Of a DNA stretch of 64,000 bases, positions 59,350 to 64,000 are shown piece after piece. The stretch's first letter is position 1. Each line of letters begins with the position of its first letter. Made by a program: the position numbers and the translations under genes. The DNA comes from Desulfotignum sp. (GTDB taxonomy: Bacteria; Desulfobacterota; Desulfobacteria; Desulfobacterales; Desulfobacteraceae). Location: positions 1,718-65,717 of the forward strand of contig DATFJY010000284.1 of the NCBI GenBank assembly GCA_035268905.1. The letters are read 5' to 3'. The notes under the pieces are model-generated. The model was not told where the DNA came from. It did no database searches and worked only from the letters and a program-made list of their open reading frames with translations.

Positions 59350-60045
59350 TCACAGCAGGGTGGATGTTTTGACCAGCTGTCCCTGTTCCAGCTCAATATT
59401 CCGGCCCCGCACCATGCTTTCCAGCAAATGCAGGTTATGGCTTGCCAGCAGAATCGTGGCCCCGTTTTTGTGGTACGCCATCAAAAAATCCAGCACCAGT
59501 TTTGCAGATGCGTGATCCAGGCTGCCGGTGGGCTCATCCGCCAGAATGATATCCGGATCACCCACCACCGCCCGGGCCACTGCCACCCGCTGCTGTTCAC
59601 CGCCGGACAGGGTCGGCGGCAGGGCATTTGCCTTTTTTTCCATACCGGTGGTGCGCAGGACATGCATCACTTTTTTGCGGATATAGGCTGGTTTTTCTCC
59701 GGCTACCTCCAGCACCAGGGCCACATTTTCAAATACCGTCCGGCCGGGAATCAGTTTAAAATCCTGGAACACCATGCCGAAGCGCCGCCGCAAAAGGGGC
59801 AGCTTGGCAGAAGAAATCCGGGCAAGGTTCATGCCGTTGATGAGAATCTGGCCCTCGGAGACTTTTTCAGCCAGGTACAGCACCTTGAGCAAAGTGGACT
59901 TACCAGCCCCGGAAGGGCCTGAAATAAATATGAATTCTCCAGGCTGGATATCCACAGACACATCGTTCAATGCCATCTTTGCGCCATAGCGCTTGGTGAC
60001 ATTGAACAGTCTGATAATGGCATGTTTACTGCTTTCCAGATTCAT
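59350..60045 (-). CDS. ftsE: Cell division ATPase FtsE
   Basis: [31 protein letters not shown]. Confidence 0.93.
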   Translation of the reverse strand: MNLESSKHAIIRLFNVTKRYGAKMALNDVSVDIQPGEFIFISGPSGAGKSTLLKVLYLAEKVSEGQILINGMNLARISSAKLPLLRRRFGMVFQDFKLIPGRTVFENVALVLEVAGEKPAYIRKKVMHVLRTTGMEKKANALPPTLSGGEQQRVAVARAVVGDPDIILADEPTGSLDHASAKLVLDFLMAYHKNGATILLASHNLHLLESMVRGRNIELEQGQLVKTSTLL

Positions 60046-60094
60046 TATTTTTCACCAACAGGTTTATACCGCAGTCCATAATTGACTGGCACTG

Positions 60095-60123
60095 AATTTA
60101 CTGATATAAACCAGCTGTGTCAA
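60095..60123 (-). promoter_or_regulatory. Putative sigma70 promoter of ftsEX operon
   Basis: TTGACA (60123-60118), 17 nt, TAAATT (60100-60095). Confidence 0.55.
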
Positions 60124-60234
60124 GGAGTGCTGAAAAACAGTTTTTCTTACACCCAAAGCCTTCACTGAACCCGTAAATCCGGCTTCTTCCAAGCAGTGAA
60201 GGCTTTGCCATGTAAAACCCATAAGGACAGAGAT

Positions 60235-61023
60235 ATGCTGTTATTTGATTCCCATTGCCATATTGACGACCCCTGTTTTGCTGATGATTTGGATGCCGTG
60301 TTTGAACGGGCCAAAAACACAGGGGTCCGCGCCATGGCCATTGCAGGGGTTGACACGGACACCGCGCAAAAAGCGGTCAAAATTGCCGCCGGCCGGGACA
60401 ATGTTATCACGGCGGTGGGCATCCATCCCCATGATGCCGTGCACTGCACCCGGAAAAATCTGGCGGATCTGGCCGGCCTGGCTGAAGAAAATGATTGTGT
60501 CAAAGCCTGGGGGGAGACCGGCCTGGATTTCAACCGGATGTTTTCGCCGCAAAAGGAGCAGGAAGCCTGCTTCACAGCCCAGCTGGCCATTGCTGCTGAA
60601 CGGGATCTCCCCCTGATTTTCCACGAACGTGATTCCAACGGCCGGTTTTATGACATTGTAAAAACAGACGGGCCTGGCAGCAGAAAAGGGGTGGTGCACT
60701 GTTTTTCCGGCACCCGCAAAGAGCTGTTCCAATACCTGGACCTGGGGTACCACATCGGCATCACCGGTATTCTCACCATCCAGCAGCGGGGAAAACTGCT
60801 CCGGGAACTGGCGCCGTTGATTCCCAAAGACAAGATTCTCATTGAAACCGATGCCCCGTATCTCACCCCTGCCCCCGAAAAAAACAGATACCGGCGCAAT
60901 GAACCCGCGTTTGTCCGGTCAGTGCTGGAGAAACTGGCACAGGTTTGCAACGAAAACCCGGAAGCGCTGGCCAGGACCATCTTCACCAACACCAACAGAT
61001 TCTTCAACACCTGCTTTGCCTGA
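60235..61023 (+). CDS. tatD: TatD family hydrolase
   Basis: DSHCH, GIHPH, GETGLDF, VHCFSG, ETDAPY. Confidence 0.93.
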   Translation: MLLFDSHCHIDDPCFADDLDAVFERAKNTGVRAMAIAGVDTDTAQKAVKIAAGRDNVITAVGIHPHDAVHCTRKNLADLAGLAEENDCVKAWGETGLDFNRMFSPQKEQEACFTAQLAIAAERDLPLIFHERDSNGRFYDIVKTDGPGSRKGVVHCFSGTRKELFQYLDLGYHIGITGILTIQQRGKLLRELAPLIPKDKILIETDAPYLTPAPEKNRYRRNEPAFVRSVLEKLAQVCNENPEALARTIFTNTNRFFNTCFA

Positions 61024-61087
61024 AAACTTGAATTACCCGGGGCAATCGCATGTAACAGATCTACATCCTGCCTTCCAGGAATCCCCT

Positions 61088-61159
61088 CCCCTGTAGGCAA
61101 CCTGAACACGGCCCGAGATTGCATAATCTGACGGTCCGTGTTCAGGTTGCCAACAGGGG
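61088..61159 (-). repeat. Stand-alone hairpin module (copy F)
   Basis: 24-bp arms (1 mismatch); reverse complement core CGGACCGTCAGATTATGCAATCTCGGGCCG. Confidence 0.85.
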
Positions 61160-61231
61160 GGCACACTGCAGACCGATTTTTGGAGCCTCCGGCGGTAGTT
61201 TGCAGCCCAGCCGACTGTCAGTGCCCGCAGA

Positions 61232-62440
61232 TCAGGCTGCCGTGGTTGTATCCTTTGCCATCAGCTTGGTCACCGCTTTTTCCAGGCCGTCCAAAGACAG
61301 TTCAAACATGGGAAAAATGGCATTGATGGTCATGATGGTGTGGGTGTAGCCCCACATGGATGCAGGCACCGGGTTCAGCCACACGCTGTGGGCAAAGGTT
61401 TCGGCCAGGAATTTGAGCTGCTGAATGCTGGGCCGGCCGCTGCGCTCACTGATGTGGATCGAGCCGTCATGGGCCATGAGTTCATAGGGGGCCATGCTGG
61501 CGTCACCCACTATGATAAGCCGCGTTTCCGGATCATTTCTGGCAAAATCCACAATCTTTTTGGGTTTTTTATACCGGGCCGGGTCTTCCCACACATAATC
61601 GTAAATGGTGTTGTGGAAAAAATAAGTCTTCACCTCTTTGAACTGGGCCCTTGCATAATCAAACAGGGTCTGGACAATGTCGATATGGGGATCCATGGAC
61701 CAGCCGCCGTTGTCAATGGCCAGGATCACCTTGAGCCGGTCCTTGAGGGCCCGGTCAAACACCAGTTCGATCTCACCGGCATTGCGCATGGTCTCTCTGA
61801 TGGTTTCATCCACATTGATCTTGTCTTTGGGACCGGCCGGCACCAGGTTGCGCAGGCGTTTGAGGGCTTCCCCGATATTGGCCTGGGTCAGGGGACCGGC
61901 AGTGGAATAATCCTTGTACCGCCGTTCATTGGCCACCTTTACCGCGGATTTATTGCCGGACGTCCCGCCCACCCGCATGCCGCCGGGGTGGTATCCGGAA
62001 TGACCCACAGGGGAATACCCGCCGGTGCCAATCCATTTGCCGCCGCCGTCATGGCGGCCGTCCTGGTCTTTGAGCCGCTCCTTGAAGTATTCGATCAGTT
62101 CATCCGGCGACATTTTGTTGAGCTTTTCCTCATCAATGCCCAGGGCATCCGCCACCTTTCTGGGATTTTTCAGCCATTCCTCCAGCAGTCCCCGGGCAAT
62201 GGCATCAATCTCAAAGCCCGCGTCCTCGGGCAGGGGTACCCCTTCAAAATAATGGGCAAACACCTGGTCATACAGGTCAAAATACCGCTCGCTTTTGATG
62301 AGGATGGCCCGGGCGCAGGTATAAAAATCATCCAGGCCGGCCACCATGCCGTTGTAAAGGGCTTTCTGCAGGGTGAGAAAAGCGGTGGGGGACACGGGAA
62401 TGCCCACATCCTTGAGGGTATAAAAAAATTTTACAAACAT
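61232..62440 (-). CDS. VWA-domain protein (CoxE-like partner of MoxR ATPase)
   Basis: MIDAS-like DNGGSM, FFHN, VGDASM, WLNP; follows the ATPase. Confidence 0.85.
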   Translation of the reverse strand: MFVKFFYTLKDVGIPVSPTAFLTLQKALYNGMVAGLDDFYTCARAILIKSERYFDLYDQVFAHYFEGVPLPEDAGFEIDAIARGLLEEWLKNPRKVADALGIDEEKLNKMSPDELIEYFKERLKDQDGRHDGGGKWIGTGGYSPVGHSGYHPGGMRVGGTSGNKSAVKVANERRYKDYSTAGPLTQANIGEALKRLRNLVPAGPKDKINVDETIRETMRNAGEIELVFDRALKDRLKVILAIDNGGWSMDPHIDIVQTLFDYARAQFKEVKTYFFHNTIYDYVWEDPARYKKPKKIVDFARNDPETRLIIVGDASMAPYELMAHDGSIHISERSGRPSIQQLKFLAETFAHSVWLNPVPASMWGYTHTIMTINAIFPMFELSLDGLEKAVTKLMAKDTTTAA

Positions 62441-62452
62441 GAAATCCGCCCC

Positions 62453-63304
62453 TTAAAACAAGCGTCTTCTGGTTGTCAGGTTCTGGGCCCGTTCATAATC
62501 CGGGCTTTTTTTGAACAATACCCCGAGAAAGGGCAGTTTGCCGTTGATCAGGTCCTTGACCCGGAAATCCGGGTCAGCATGCAGCGCCCTGATCCAGTTG
62601 ATCAACTCCCGGGTAGCCGGTTTTTTCTCTATACCATCAATATCCCGCATGCTGAAAAACGCCTTGATGGCATTGTCCGCCAGTTTTTCATCCAGATCCG
62701 GGAAATGCACATGAATGATCTTGCGCATCATCTTGGGATCGGGAAATGCGATATGGTGAAAATTGCACCGGCCCAAAAACGGGTCGGACAGGTCTTTTTT
62801 CGCGTTGGAAGTGATGATGATCACCGGCCGGTGGGTGGCTTTGATGGTCTGGTCCGTCTCGATGATATCAAACTGCATCTGGTCCAGGACATCCAGCATG
62901 TCATCCTGGAAATCGGTATCTGCCTTGTCGATCTCATCGATGAGCAGCACGGTACGCTGGTCTGCCACAAAGGCCTGGCCGATTTTTCCCATTGTAATGT
63001 ATTCATCGATATTGCTCACATCCCGTTTCGAGTCACCGAACCGGGAATCGTTGAGCCGGGTAAGGGTATCATATTGATACAGCGCCTCCACCAGTTTCAT
63101 GCTGGATTTCACGTTGAGTACAATCAGGGGCATGCCCAGGCTTTCGGCAATGGCATAGGCCAGCATGGTTTTGCCGGTGCCCGGTTCTCCCTTGAGCAAG
63201 AGGGGCATTTCCAGCCGCATGGAAATGTTGACGATTGCGGCCAGCTCCTGGTCCAGTACATATTTTGTGGCACCCTGAAATTCATCGGTAACAATCTGGT
63301 TCAT
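62453..63304 (-). CDS. MoxR-family AAA+ ATPase (CoxD-like)
   Basis: GEPGTGKT, LIDEIDKAD, ITSN..K.LSDPFLGRC. Confidence 0.9.
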   Translation of the reverse strand: MNQIVTDEFQGATKYVLDQELAAIVNISMRLEMPLLLKGEPGTGKTMLAYAIAESLGMPLIVLNVKSSMKLVEALYQYDTLTRLNDSRFGDSKRDVSNIDEYITMGKIGQAFVADQRTVLLIDEIDKADTDFQDDMLDVLDQMQFDIIETDQTIKATHRPVIIITSNAKKDLSDPFLGRCNFHHIAFPDPKMMRKIIHVHFPDLDEKLADNAIKAFFSMRDIDGIEKKPATRELINWIRALHADPDFRVKDLINGKLPFLGVLFKKSPDYERAQNLTTRRRLF

Positions 63305-63568
63305 GGATTTTTTTCTCCGGTTATTAAAGAATTTACACATATTTCCCTGGTTTTGCCCATGGGGCAACCGTATATTATACCGGAAATATGAAGCAAATCC
63401 CGGGTTTTCACAAGGATTTTTATAAAAACCCTTTGATCCACCCCACATATTACAAAATTGTATCTTTTTATTCTCACTGCCTGTACGCTAAATCATTGAC
63501 ACTGATACCACTTAGTGTTAAGAGTTTTTATTTGATATTTTCAGCCATGAAACAAACAGGAGCATGCT

Positions 63569-63760
63569 ATGATTGGTGGAATTGGAATGCCGGAACTGAT
63601 AATCATCCTTGTGATCATACTCATTATTTTTGGCGCAGGCAAGTTGCCGGAAATCGGTGCCGGTCTGGGCAAAGGTATTAAAAATTTTAAAAAAGCCACA
63701 AATGAGCCCCTTGAAGACAAGGACAAAGACAAAGATCCGGAGCAGATTGAAAAAGATTAA
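63569..63760 (+). CDS. tatA: Twin-arginine translocase subunit TatA/E
   Basis: [35 protein letters not shown]. Confidence 0.94.
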   Translation: MIGGIGMPELIIILVIILIIFGAGKLPEIGAGLGKGIKNFKKATNEPLEDKDKDKDPEQIEKD

Positions 63761-63787
63761 AAATTATCTGTTCATCTTCTCTCTTCT

Positions 63788-63816
63788 GCAACCGGGCGGC
63801 TAAAACACCCGGTTGC
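63788..63816 (+). terminator. Hairpin after tatA, possible terminator
   Basis: GCAACCGGG...CCCGGTTGC; no clear T-run. Confidence 0.45.
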
Positions 63817-64000
63817 CTGCATTTCATTTCCAGATACCCTGATGTGCCTGCTACTCCCTTATAGGCAAAAATTCTATTCAAAAAAACAATTAAACGCAAA
63901 AATGTATTTTTACTTGTTCAATAAAATACATTTTTGTTATTTATTTTAATAAAATGTTTTTTTGAGGTGCTTTTTTCATAACATCACAGGGGGAAAATTT

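Noticed and set aside
61340-63391. 683-aa plus-strand ORF
   Set aside because: Antisense shadow of the MoxR and VWA genes; no recognisable motifs.

Overview
64-kb, mostly housekeeping chromosomal region of a bacterium. Gene content (DapL, tandem MoeA/MoeA-PBP, vWA-OmpA, ADP-forming acyl-CoA ligase, hybrid kinase) suggests a Desulfobacteraceae-like sulfate reducer; this is inference only. It holds tig-clpP-clpX-lon, tRNA-Pro, an SRP RNA with an extended helix, grpE-dnaK, nadA, radA-rlmE-yebC, a PRODH/GntR/DUF1989/xsc cluster, typA, a hybrid kinase, uvrD, PMM, uppP, two moeA, dapL, a degenerate HD-GYP, rsmA, an M16C peptidase, panB with a PanG-like gene, ftsEX-envC-ctpA, tatD, a MoxR/VWA pair and tatA. 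There is no transposase, integrase, CRISPR array or rRNA. The least explained signal is intergenic, where at least three dispersed repeat systems occur. (1) A hairpin module with invariant CCCCTG...CAGGGG ends and an invariant bulged tip (GGACCGTCAGA...TCTCGGGCC), whose 19-24 bp stem changes sequence between copies while staying paired. (2) A MITE with CTG(G/C)ATATTTG terminal inverted repeats and an 8-bp target duplication, whose long form carries that hairpin. (3) A co-oriented heptamer-rich element (ATGAAAGC...GCTTTCAT plus a TGCCC-GCCA-GGGCA tail) that forms head-to-tail tandems and flanks panB-panG. All alignments and counts were done by hand.
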